Both the position numbers and the translations under genes were made by a program. The notes under the pieces are model-generated. The model was not told the origin of the DNA. It ran no database searches and saw nothing but the letters and a program-made list of their open reading frames with translations. Source: Eledone cirrhosa (taxonomy: Eukaryota). Taken from it: a stretch of 64,000 nucleotides of DNA. The stretch covers positions 341,496,001 to 341,560,000 of the forward strand of contig OZ024741.1 in the NCBI GenBank assembly GCA_964016885.1, given 5' to 3'. Positions 1 through 15,099 of this stretch are shown here, one piece after another (position 1 is the stretch's first letter; every line of letters begins with the position of its first letter).

Positions 1-1107
1 GTGAGTAAAGTTTCAGGTTTTCTAATCGACCCCAGTAGTCAAGGTCTGACATGTCATCTATCTTTTTCGTGATTGCCCTTTGAGGAGCTTCAAGTTTCAT
101 GATACTTTGTTTCGTGTGGGGAGACCACAGTGGACAACAGTATTCAAGGTGTGGTCGGGCGAAAGTAGAGAAGAGAAGGATAATGGTGCGGGAATCTCTC
201 GACTGGAAGGTTCTGAGGATCCAGGAACACATTCTGCGGGCCATGTCAACTTTGCTGCTTATATGCGTGGTCCAGCTTATGTTGCTGTCCACGGTTACTC
301 CCAAGTCTCTGATGTTGTTAGATGCCACGAGAGTTTCCCCGGAGGGAAGGGAGTACGGGAGTTTCAGAGCATCCTCTTTTCCAAAGTGGATCAGTTCGAA
401 TTTGTCTTCGTTCAGTAACATGTTGTTCTTTTCTGCCCATTGGGTAACAGCCAGTAGGTCTGACTGAAGGCTTATCCGGTCATCCACGCCATTGATGACC
501 TTTTGGAGCTTGGAATCATCAGCGAAAATTTTAATGTTGCTGTGTTTGATGATGTCAGTGATGACATTAATATAGATGATGAAGAGAAGTGGGCCCAACA
601 CAGTGCCTTGTGGGACTCCACTACTGACTTTGGCTGGGCTTGATTTGACTCCCTCAACTACAACATGTTGGGTTCTGTTTGACAGGAAGCTCTTGATCCA
701 CTGCAGCAGCTTTCCAGTGACACCAATATTGGACAGCTTTCTCAGTAGAATGTTATGATCAACCCTGTCAAAGGCCTTGCTGAAATCAAGGTAGATAACA
801 TCAGTGTTGGAACCCTCTCCCAAGGCTCTCAAAATGTCATCAAAGTGATGCAGTAGTTGCGTCAGGCAATCCCTTCCATTACGGAATCCATGCTGGTTGG
901 AGTTCAGCATATTGTTACTCTCAAGGAAGTGGGTCATTCGCGATCTCACCACTCGCTCAAATACCTTAATGATATGAGAGGTGAGTGAGATTGGACGGTA
1001 ATTCACGGCAAGGGATTTGTTTCCCTTTTTGAAAACTGGGACAACAGACTGGGATAGAAGGTTTTCTGGCACATATCCAGCATCCAGTGAGTTCCGCCAC
1101 AGATTGG
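1..1107 (-). mobile_element. CR1-clade LINE reverse transcriptase fragment (runs off window edge)
   Basis: Minus strand reads ...[13 protein letters not shown]...[37 protein letters not shown]...[13 protein letters not shown]..., which are CR1-type RT motifs. Frame is disrupted and the 5' side ends at (TA)n. Confidence 0.9.
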
Positions 1108-1108
1108 A

Positions 1109-2619
<1,511 letters not shown>

Positions 2620-2656
2620 AGTGTAATTTTCTACACAAAACGAAGGTTATAGAGAA

Positions 2657-3680
<1,024 letters not shown>

Positions 3681-4517
3681 ATATATGTATATGGAATACA
3701 CACCATCACACTGCTATTAGCTGTAAAATGGCCAACTGATCACTTGATCATAAATCTCTGAACATCCACCCCTAGCCCTTAAATCTCATACTTGTATCCC
3801 CCAATTAATCTCTAATTTATTACTTTTTCTGTCACTACATCAGACTCTCTACACGTATCTATGTATGTTTCGAATTTGACTTTTCATGTTAGCACTAAAC
3901 CCACCAAAGAATCCTTATAAGAACACTTACTCATCACCACCACAAGCATACTTTGTACTTACATGCTCTCACTTATCCTTATTTATTTCTTTATATTTTC
4001 CATTTTCTTATTTTCTTACTTTTTTAATGTATCTTTTCTTATTTTTTACTTTTTACATCTGTAACTTCTCTACCTATTTACCATATATATTTTATTATTG
4101 ATGTTATTGTTTTGATTATACGCTACTCTTCTTTATATATCCTGCCTTGAGTGAAATATTTTTATATCTACGTATTCTGATGTGTTGATCAGAGGTAAAT
4201 AATGTAATGGAAATCGAGTGACACAACTTCAAGCGATTAGCGACCTCTAGACTCACCTGATCAATGAAACAATTGTCAATACCTTAAATAAAGCCCCTTA
4301 TTGTAAAGCCAACCATGTTACTCTTCATTCTTTTACTATTATTACTCCAAGTATAACCTGCATAGGAATTCTTGCGAACTCGCTACCTAACTATGGAAAC
4401 TTCTTGTTGAGTCAAACAAAGCCGTACATTAAAACTATCCACGACGCAGAGTACTCACAACTTCTAACTGGATTACCTATAACGATAACTTGTTATCCCA
4501 TATATATATATATATAT

Positions 4518-4856
4518 CATCATCATCATCATCATCATAATCATTTTACGTCCGCTTTTTCCTGCTTGCAAGGGTGGGACGGGAACTGATTCTGGCTTGA
4601 TTTCTACAGCTGGATGCCCTTCCTAACACCAACCTCATTTACAGTGAGTGCTGGGTGGTTTTTGCCGTGGCACCTACACGACCACTTTGCAGTGGAATGA
4701 TAGGGACCCCTGTCCCTATCATCTCACTTCTACAGCTGAAGAAATGTGAAATAAAGTGTCTTGCTCAAGGAAACAACACATCACCCGGTCTGATAATTGA
4801 ACTCACAACCTTTCGATTGCAAGGCCAATGCTCTAACCACTAAGCCATGTGCGTCC
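4518..4856 (-). mobile_element. CORE-type SINE copy
   Basis: Reverse complement of the 3350-3680 family. Confidence 0.9.
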
Positions 4857-5074
4857 ATATGCATATATTAATATCATAAAGCCATGTTGATGACAAGAAT
4901 TCAGCATGGTCACAGCACATGTGCTAGAACAGTAAACATAGTAAAATAGTATGTCTGCAATATATGATTATATCAATATTATATAGATATGTTTACAACA
5001 TCTGTTTAAAATGAATGTATATATATATATATGTATATATTTTTATATATATACATATATATGTATAACCAAAG

Positions 5075-5230
5075 ATTATATGTGATGAGGAACGTGTCCC
5101 GCATGTGCAACCCCAAAGAACTAGAGAGACACATACAACACATCCACCGTATGCAGTTCTCTGGTTACAATCAGAGAGATAAAATCAGAGTATATAGAGG
5201 AGCCAGAACCAAATGGGAAAAAATGGTAAA
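5075..5230 (+). mobile_element. Short PLE RT thumb fragment
   Basis: VMRNVSRMCNPKELERHIQHIHRMQFSGYNQRDKIRVYRGA resembles the R.MRN.S...RMQ.SGY thumb region of PLE RTs. Confidence 0.5.
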
Positions 5231-5410
5231 TAATTGTTTCCACTTTAGGCACAAGGCCAGCAATTATCCAGTGCATTACTGGTACTTTATTTTATCGACC
5301 CTGTAAGGATGAAAGGCAAAGTCAACCTCGGCGGGATTTGAACTCAGATCGTAAAGGGACGTAACTATGCTGGAAAGCATGGCGTCCGACCCTCTACCGA
5401 TACTGCCAAT
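5231..5410 (-). mobile_element. Meta-domain tRNA SINE
   Basis: Minus strand: TGGCAGTATCGGTAGAG (A box), GAGTTCAAATCC (B box), GACTTTGCCTTTCATCCTTACAGGGTCGATAAAATAAAGTACCAG (Meta-like body). Confidence 0.85.
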
Positions 5411-5968
5411 GATACAAATATACACACACATATATATATATACATATATACATACATGTATATATATATATATGTGTGTGTATATTTGTATATACATATA
5501 TATATGTATATATGTATATACATATATATATATATACATATATATATATGTATATTCATATATATATATGTAGCAAAATCTGTCCACACCTTGAACCCTG
5601 GGTGACACAGAAAGATCAAATTCCGGGTCACCTCCTTTTCGGCATAAACAGAAAACAACAGGTATAAATAGCCGGTATCAGACCTAGCAAAGAAAGATCG
5701 GAGCAGTACACGAGAGAATAGCTATGCAGCACTTGACTCTCTCTTGGTCTACGGACTACTCACCTTCTCTGGTCACAGACTACACCAGCATCATGAAGCA
5801 ACGTCAAAAACATCTTCAACCGTTATAACTCTTAATAACCTATTCTTTGTTCATTTATGAAGTGAAGTGAAGTAAATCTTTTATATCAAAAGTAAACTAG
5901 TTATTCGTGTATATATATATGTATGTATACACACATATATATATACACACACATATATATATACATAC

Positions 5969-6027
<59 letters not shown>

Positions 6028-6114
6028 TAACGAAGGAAGAGTGGTAAGGAACCAGATTGGTCTAGGAATAGCCGTCGAACCGGCTTGACCTCTGCCGTCG
6101 GGGTCAAACATTTT

Positions 6115-6201
<87 letters not shown>

Positions 6202-6459
6202 GTGTATATATGTGGGTATATATATATATATGTATATACATATATGTATATACATATATATATGTATATATATATATATGTATATACATATATGTATATA
6301 CATATATATATGTATATATATATATATGTATATATATGTATATATATATATATATGTAGATAATATATATATATATGTATATACATATATATATGTATAT
6401 ATATATATATGTATATATATATATGTATATAATATATATATATGTATATACATATATAT

Positions 6460-6798
6460 TTCATTTCATTTCATTTCACTTTACGTCCGCTTTTTCCCTG
6501 CTTGCAAGGGTGGGACGGGAACTGATTCTGGCTTGATTTCTACAGCTGGATGCCCTTCCTAACACCAACCTCATTTACAGTGAGTGCTGGGTGCTTTTTT
6601 GCCGTGGCACCTACACGACCACTTTGCAGTGGAATGATAGGGACCCCAGTCCTATCATCTCATTTCTACAGCTGAGTAAACTGGAGCAATGTGAAATGAA
6701 GTGTCTTGCTCAAGGAAACAACACATCACCCGGTCTGAGAATTGAACTCACAACTTTTCGATTGCAAGGCCAATGCTCTAACCACTAAGCCATGTGCC
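6460..6798 (-). mobile_element. CORE-type SINE copy
   Basis: Same family as 3350-3680. Confidence 0.9.
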
Positions 6799-7041
6799 AT
6801 ATATATATGTATATATGTATATACTGTATATATACATGTATGTATATGTATATATGTATATACTGTAAATATACATGTATATATATGTATATATGTATAT
6901 ACTGTATATATACATGTATGTATATATATGTATATATATATATTTATATATTATATGTATATATATATATGTACATTTATAAATATATATGTATATTTAT
7001 AAATATATATGTATATTTATAAATATATATATATATATACT

Positions 7042-7115
<74 letters not shown>

Positions 7116-7126
7116 TATATATATAT

Positions 7127-7254
<128 letters not shown>

Positions 7255-7410
7255 TTACATATATATGTGTGTGTGTATATATATATAGAGAGATATTTAC
7301 ATATATATATATGTGTGTGTGTATATATATATAGAGAGATATTTACATATATATATATATGTGTATATATATATATATATCTACATATATATATGAATAT
7401 ATATATATAT

Positions 7411-7699
7411 AGCCTGGGATTCAAGGGCCCTCAACTCTTCAACAGGCTGCCGAGGCATCTGAGAGACTTGCATGACGTGGAGGTGGATGTCTTTAAGAAA
7501 CATCTCGACACCTTGTTATCCAGGATCCCAGATGAGCCCACAGCAAGACACGAGGGAAACCTAAGGGCAGCAGCAACAAACTCCCTCCTACACCAGTGGC
7601 CAACCTATACAGGCTGGAGATAAAATGTGTAGCAACAAGGGCGGTGCCCCAGCATGGCCTCAGCCGGATGGCTGAAACAGGTAAAAGAGTAAAAGAGTA
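7411..7699 (+). mobile_element. 3' end of a CR1-group LINE
   Basis: [44 protein letters not shown]-terminus, short 3' UTR, (GTAAAAGA)n tail. Confidence 0.8.
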
Positions 7700-8152
7700 T
7701 ATATATATAACTCCACTGTAGAATTGCCAGACTCATTAATCTGACCACTCCAATAAAAACAACATTGCGATATGTCTTATGTGAAGTTTGCTATTGATTT
7801 TCACCATTATTAATGTCACATTAATGAAGTTATGACATCTCCTCGCCATGTCCATACAACACCAGAGACCAATTTATTACACTCATTGCAACATCTTGTC
7901 TTAATTACTAATTTCACTTCATTCAATGTTCATTGTTCACTGTTACAATATCAGCTATGTAAACAGTTCTTAAATGTATTAACGATCAACGCAATTAATT
8001 GTACATGAGTACATGTGTGGGTGTATATGCATATATGTTTACATATGTACAAATATATGTTTAAGTACGTATAAATATATATATATATATATATACATTT
8101 GTTTATATACATACGTACATATATATATGTACACATTTATATGTTTATATAC

Positions 8153-8201
<49 letters not shown>

Positions 8202-8420
8202 GACATACGTATATATCATCATCATCATCTTCGTTTAACGTCCATCTTCCACGCTAGCATGGGTTAGACGGGCATAAATATATATATACATACAGGGTGC
8301 CCCAAAACTCACTAGACTATTTTAAATTATATGTATAGTATGGTCTAGTGACCTTTGGAACACACTGCACATTTATGTGTTTATATACATATACAAATAT
8401 ATGATTATATACATATACAA

Positions 8421-8470
<50 letters not shown>

Positions 8471-9007
8471 ATTGATTGAGCAACTTGTAGGCAATGAGAT
8501 TGAAATTATCTAACCCCTGATTATGATAAAGTAAAAAAATATTTTCTTTTTAAATTTTGGTTGAGTGCTTTATTGGCGAATGTGGTGCTTCTACTTTTAG
8601 CACTACAATATATCCCAGGCAGTTTGCTGCTGCTCTCCTGTTGAAAAATTAGCAGTAAACTTATTCTAACACATGAAATAGCAGTATTGATGCAAAAATT
8701 TAGTAGTAAAGTTGATATTTTGGAGTTCCTCTCATGGACTCACACGCTGATGAGGGCTAATAGTTCATAATTTCTTGGTTATTATTGGTTTACAATTAAT
8801 CAATGATTAGCAGGTTTCCTCAGTTTCATGAAACACTACTGTACAAGATTCTTGGAGAATATATGTATTCTAATAGCTTTCTGTGTTAAGCAATGGAGAT
8901 ACTGGCTTTTTCGAATGATTGAAGTAGTGAGTCCTTTAACGTTTTAATATGTTAAGCTGTTGAATTATTAATTTTCCAAGCATGGAAAAATAGGCGTTAA
9001 ACTGTGA

Positions 9008-9093
<86 letters not shown>

Positions 9094-9104
9094 ATATATA
9101 TATA

Positions 9105-12100
9105 CGAGGGTTTTTGTCGTATTAAACAAAACAAATCTTGTATTTTTGTTATCGCTTGTTAAATACGAGGACCTCATTCAATCCTTACCTTCTCGCTAAC
9201 TACCCACCACCATTATTATTACGTGGACCAATCATAAGCCAGAGGCCTATACTATCGCTTACCTGGTTGCCTTTCGATATATGATGGATGGATGGACTAC
9301 GGAATTCTGGAGAGTGGAAGAGAGAGAAAAATCTGGACGCTCAGCGACAATGCCAAAGATAAAGACAAATTCACCTCGTGGACGAGAATGCGAGCACTCC
9401 TCTTTGTTTCGGCCGCGGATGGCTAACATAACCCCATCTCCCCCCGCTCCCCACCCTCCAAACGCAATCCAAAACTTCAGAGTTGGTACCATAAATGTAG
9501 GCACCTTAAAGGGTCGCTCTAACGAGGTTGTAGAAATGCTCGAACGTAAGGAGGTCGATGTTTGTTGTATCCAAGAGACCAGGTGGAGGGGTGGGTCTGC
9601 TAGATTCATTGAGGGTAAAAAACGATGCTATAAGCTTTTCTGGGTGGGAAATGACGATGGGCTGGGTGGAGTAGGAATCATGGTAGCAGAAAAGTGGGCA
9701 GAGAAGATAATAGAGGTAAATAGAGTGAACAACAGAATAATTAAAATAAGACTTGTCCTCAATAGAACTACGGTGACAGTAATATCTGCGTACGCACCCC
9801 AACCCGGACTGCCCGGCACTATAAAAGACAGATTCTATGAGACACTGATGCTCACTACCTCCCAAATAACCAACAGTGACTATATAATTATTGCAGGCGA
9901 CCTAAATGGTCACGTTGGACTACATTGTGACGGCTACGACGAAATCTATGGAGGCTATGGGTTTGGTACTAGAAATGAGGAAGGCTCCAGAATCCTGGAA
10001 TTCTGTGACGCAAATAACCTAACTATCTGTAACACTAACTTCAAAAAACGTGACAATCACCTGATCACCTATAGATCCGGGGAACACACAAGCCAGGTAG
10101 ATTATATCCTTACCAGAAGACGTGACAGAGTGTCTGTTGTAAACACTAAATCCCTCCCCCATGAAGAATGCACCTCCCAACATAGACTGATAATTAGCGA
10201 CCTAATAGTCAGGACGAGACGTACTAGACAACAGAAGAGGACTATCCTCAGGAGAAAAATATGGAAGCTAAAGGACCCCACAGCCAGAAATAAATTTAAA
10301 AGCATACTACTTGATGCTTTCGACAGTAAGGAAGAGTAATTAGAGTCGTACAATATAGAGGAGCAGTGGGAATTCCTGAAAGCAAACCTGCTGATGGCGG
10401 CAGACGAAGTCTGTGGCTGGAGCAGGCCTGTAGGCAGGAGGAGAGTAACATGGTGGTGGAATAGTAAGGTGGAGGGGTCAATCAAGGCCAAAAAGCAGGC
10501 TTGGAAAGCATGGCGGGATGGGGGAAGTAGAGAAGACTATCAAGTGGCCAGGAGGGAAGCTAGGAGACAAGTGTACTTTGCAAGAAGGGAAGCAGAGGAA
10601 AGAAAGTTCAAGCATGTTCTAAAACGCGAGGACCAAAAACGTGAGGTGTTCAGGATTGCTAGGCAATGTGTCAAGGAAAACAGTGATATTGTCGGGGAGA
10701 AATGTGTCCTTAATGATGATGGTGTACTTGCCATCACTGATGCTGATAAGAAGGTAGCTTGGAAGTGTCACTACGAAAGGCTACTAAATGAGGAGAATAA
10801 TTGGGAGAAAGACAGTCTCCCCCACATCGACCCAATAGAGGGACCAGCAGTGCAAGTTGAAGGTAGTATAGTAAGTAAGGCGATCAAAGACATGAAGACG
10901 GGCAAGGCAGCCGGGCCTTCGGAAATAGTTGCTGAAATGCTGAAAGCGTCTGGAATGGTGGGACAGACTATGGTCACTCGGATAGTAAATCAAGTCATAC
11001 AGAATGGGGTCGTTCCGAAGGACTGGCGGGGAGAAGTGTGTACTTAATGATGACGGCGTACTTGCCATCACCGACGCTGATAAGAAGGTAGCTTGGAAGT
11101 GTCACTATGAAAGGCTACTAAATGAGGAGAATAAATGGGAGAAAGACAGTCTCCCCCACATCGACCCAATAGAGGGACCAGCAGTGTTAGTCGAGGGTAG
11201 TATAATAAGTAAGGCAATCAAGGATATGAAGACGGGTAAGGCAGCTGGGCCTTCGGAAATAGTTGCCGAGATGCTGAAGGCATCTGGCACGGTGGGACAC
11301 ACCATGGTCACCCGGATAGTTAACCAAGTCGTACAGAATGGGGTTGTTCCGAAGGACTGGCGTAGCAGCATCATCGTTAACTGTTATAAGGGTAAAGGAG
11401 ATGCCCTAGATAGGAGTAACTATAGAGGCATTAAATTAATCGACCAGGTCATGAAGGTCACGGAAAAAGTAATAGCGCAACTAATCAGACAGAGAATTGA
11501 CCTAGATGAAATGCAGTTCGGGTTTGTGTCAGGCAAAAGTACCACAGACGCTCTTTTCATTGTACGACAACTACAGGAGAAGTACCTAGCTAAAAGTAAA
11601 CCCCTATACTTAGCTTTTGTCGACTTGGAGAAAGCCTTCGACAGAGTTCCCCGTTCCATTATCTGGTGGGCTCTTAGAAAACTAGGTGTTGATGAATGGC
11701 TTGTGAGAGCTATACAAGCCATGTATAAAGAAACAGTCAGCAAGGTTAGAATTAACAACGAATATAGTGAAGAGTTTAGCGTAAAAGTTGGCGTCCATCA
11801 GGGCTCTGTTCTCAGCCCCCTACTATTTATTATTGCCCTTCAGGCTATAACAGAGGAGTTCAAGACCGGCTGCCCATGGGAACTCCTATACGCAGACGAC
11901 CTAACACTCGTAGCTGAATCAATGGCCGAGCTAGAGAAGAAATTCCAAACATGGAAGCACGGCCTAGAATCAAAAGGCCTTAAAATTAACCTGGCTAAGA
12001 CCAAAGTTCTAGTTTGTAGGAAAGAAAATAAGGCGACGGTCCCTTCCGAGAAGTGGCCATGCTCAGTGTGTAGGAAAGGCGTAGGTAGAAACTCCATTTT

Positions 12101-13272
12101 GTGTCAGAAATGCAAAGTATGGGTGCATAAAAGATGTAGTGGGATCACAGGTAAGCTAACTAAGAACATAGATTTCACATGTGGCCGGTGCTCTGGTGCA
12201 ATAAGTAGCAGCAAGTGCCCACAAAATACTAGCTCTTTCAACTGCGCAGAGGGCTCTATAGAAATAGTGGACAGCTTCCGTTACCTGGGTGACAAAATCA
12301 GCAGTGGGGGAGGGTGCTCTGAAAGTACAGTAGCTAGAGTCAGAACGGGATGGAAAAAGTTCAGAGAGCTTATACCACTATTAACCGCTAAAGGGTTCTC
12401 TTATACCACTATTAGCTGCTAAAGGGTTCTCCCTAAAAATGAAAGGCAGGTTGTATGATGCCTGCATACGAACAGCAATGTTGCATGGCAGTGAGACCTG
12501 GGCATTGTGTGCAGAGGATATACGCAGACTAGAGAGGAACGAAGCTTGCATGCTCCGATGGATGTGTAATAGTAATATACGTGAACGGCAAAGCATAAAC
12601 GAACTAAGGAAAAAATTATAAATAAGAGGGATCAGATGTTGTTTACTCGAGAGAAGGCTACATTGGTATGGACACGTGATGCGCATGAAAGTCGACAGCT
12701 GTATAACAAAGTGCAGGGCAATAAAGATAGACGGTAGCCACGGAATAGGCAGACCTAGAAAAACCTGGGACGAGCTTATAAACTCCGACCTCACACACTT
12801 ACACCTCTCCAAGACAATGTCACTGGACCGAGACCTTTGGCTGTACTCAGTAATAGAGAAGACCCGCCTTACCTAAATACAAAGTAAAACCTACTACAGT
12901 CAGTAGGCATCTCTAACAAAATACATCCCCGTCCCACCACCCCCACCCCATCCACACCGCCCCCTTCTATGTAAAGTTATGTTGGTGCCACACCATCCAG
13001 GCCGAAACAAATGAGATCGTGTAGGTGTCACGACAAAAAAACACACAGTCCACGCTGTAATGTGGCCGTGTAGGCAACACGGTAAAAACCTCCCAGACCC
13101 ACACTGTAAATGTGGTTGGTGTTAGGAAGGGCATCCAACTGTAGAAAACCTGCCAGACAGTCCTATGCGAGCAAGACAATCACTCTTGCTTCAAGTGGGA
13201 AAACCCCCGTCCAAACCCATGCAAGCGTGGAACACGGACGTTAAACGTTGATGATTATGATGATGATGATGA
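9105..13272 (+). mobile_element. Near full-length RTE-clade LINE (subfamily A), disabled
   Basis: AP endonuclease (GTINVGTL, CIQETRW, AGDLNGHVG, SQVDYIL, SQHRL), RT (FVDLEKAFDRVP, GVHQGSVLSPLLF, LLYADD), PHD insert, RRLHWYGHVMR, 3' UTR ending in (GAT)n. 5' boundary approximate. Confidence 0.93.
9281..12876 (+). pseudogene. RTE APE-RT ORF broken by a stop at 10337 and two duplications
   Basis: TAA at 10337 where the paralogous copy near 45500 has CAA (MEEQLES). 334-bp duplication at 10694/11028 and 31-bp duplication at 12370/12401 shift the frame. Confidence 0.9.
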
Positions 13273-14275
13273 TATATATATAAGAACTATAAGTGTGAAG
13301 AGCAAATAGACATAAATATACCTAATTTTTCTTCAAAATCCCAACTGCAAAGTTTCACTAATTGGTATGCAGTCAAAGTGCAACTAAAGTGCACTCGGGT
13401 CATGAGGTTATTGGCCTTACAAGAAATTCCCTCAATGAACAGACAATTTCCTGAACTGCCTGCTACCAGTCAAAAATTCTCGAGAGGAAGGATTATCAAG
13501 TGGTATAACGGTCACCATATTTTAATAAAGCAAGGATTATTATCAAAATATCTAATAAACTTACAACCATTTTACTAGACTAACAGGAATGCCATAAAAT
13601 TCAATAAGATAAAGTTAAATCTTGGAAGAGTAGCTTATCGGAATCCAATTAAATTCAAATAATTTACCTTACTTCTTTAAATATGGTTAGTCTAGTTAAA
13701 CACAGTCATGAGTCTATTAAATGTTTCATCTTGATTCATTCACAGCACAGCAGTACCAATGTAGAACGAACAGGTGTATAACGATCAAAGAAAACATAAG
13801 AATTCCAATTGCTTAACAGAGAATGAGTTGAGATACTTATAGATTCTTCTTCACCTGAACCAGAATATTTTATATATATAGATAATATATATATATATAT
13901 GTGCGTGTATAAATATATATCTTATATATAAGGTTCCTTGAAATTTAAACAGGAGTAGTATTTCTCACTAACACTCTCATCCCACAAAAAATTCTTTTCC
14001 CTTCGCTTTTAATAACATTCTTTAATAACATCAATTTTTGGGGGGAATCCTTCACTATCTTATTGACTAGACCCCATTTTAACTCCTACCTCTCTCTTCC
14101 CCATTGTATTATTTTCATTCAAAGCATAAATTTACATTCCTTCACCCCTAGCATAAAGTTTCTACTACTGTTATTCTATCAACTTGACCTCTTACTCTTT
14201 TCTATTGGTCAATTCAAAACCTGTTCCCAAACAGACTTTTTGTATTAATACTTTGTTTCTTTTAATAAACATACT

Positions 14276-14418
14276 TCATCATTTCTGAAGATGGCATATA
14301 TAAGTGTAGGTATGTATATTTCCTCTGATAATTTGTAATATTTTTTTACATTGATCTTTAATATGATATACATACCAACACACACATATATATCCGAGAA
14401 ACGATCGTAAAATGATGA
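14276..14418 (+). ncRNA. Type I hammerhead with long stem II in a PLE pseudo-LTR remnant
   Basis: TCATCATTT-CTGAAGA-[about 105-nt imperfect hairpin]-GAAAC GATC GTA-AAATGATGA; 9-bp stem I. Confidence 0.6.
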
Positions 14419-14932
14419 TTTTTTTCAATATAAGGAACCTGTTCTTTGTTTTTATTTCATTGTTTTTATTAATTTATCTTGACTCTGTTTCCCTATGATT
14501 TTTATCGTTAAATTTTTAATGCATTTTCTCTTTTCATGATATCTTCTATATTTGGATGACATTGAGTTCTTCATACGGATTGGACACTACCGTTTATTTT
14601 GGTAGATTTATCTACATATATATATATAGACAGACTGAATAAAAAATGGCGTAGACATACAACACAACAGGAGGAAAAAATATAACACCACTGACGATGT
14701 TGCAGATGTGCAACGAAAGATTTATGTAAATTATGTAAACTATATATATGTGTTTGTGTCTATATTGTATCTGTATTATCTTTGACCGTCGGTCAGTCAA
14801 TGGCAACATTGAGGACCGATTAAGTTAGATCGCAGATATAAAAGACAGCGAGAAGCGAAAACCAACCAAACAGTGAGTGTGTTCTGTTATTAATTCTGGC
14901 AATATTACACAAATATGACCCTCCCCAAGTAT

Positions 14933-14993
<61 letters not shown>

Positions 14994-15099
14994 AAAATAA
15001 AAATAAAAATAAAGTAAAAAAAGGGACGTGTTGACAACAAACGGTGTGAGTGTGTGGGAGGACGGGGGGAAATAAATAAAAACAACTTAGAAATAAACA

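Noticed and set aside
4255-4280. CTGATCA-AT-GAAACAATTGTC
   Set aside because: G8 and stem II are missing; at most a dead relic.
8745-8775. CTGATGA-GGGCT aat AGTTC hammerhead-like start
   Set aside because: Lacks GAAA and stems I and III.
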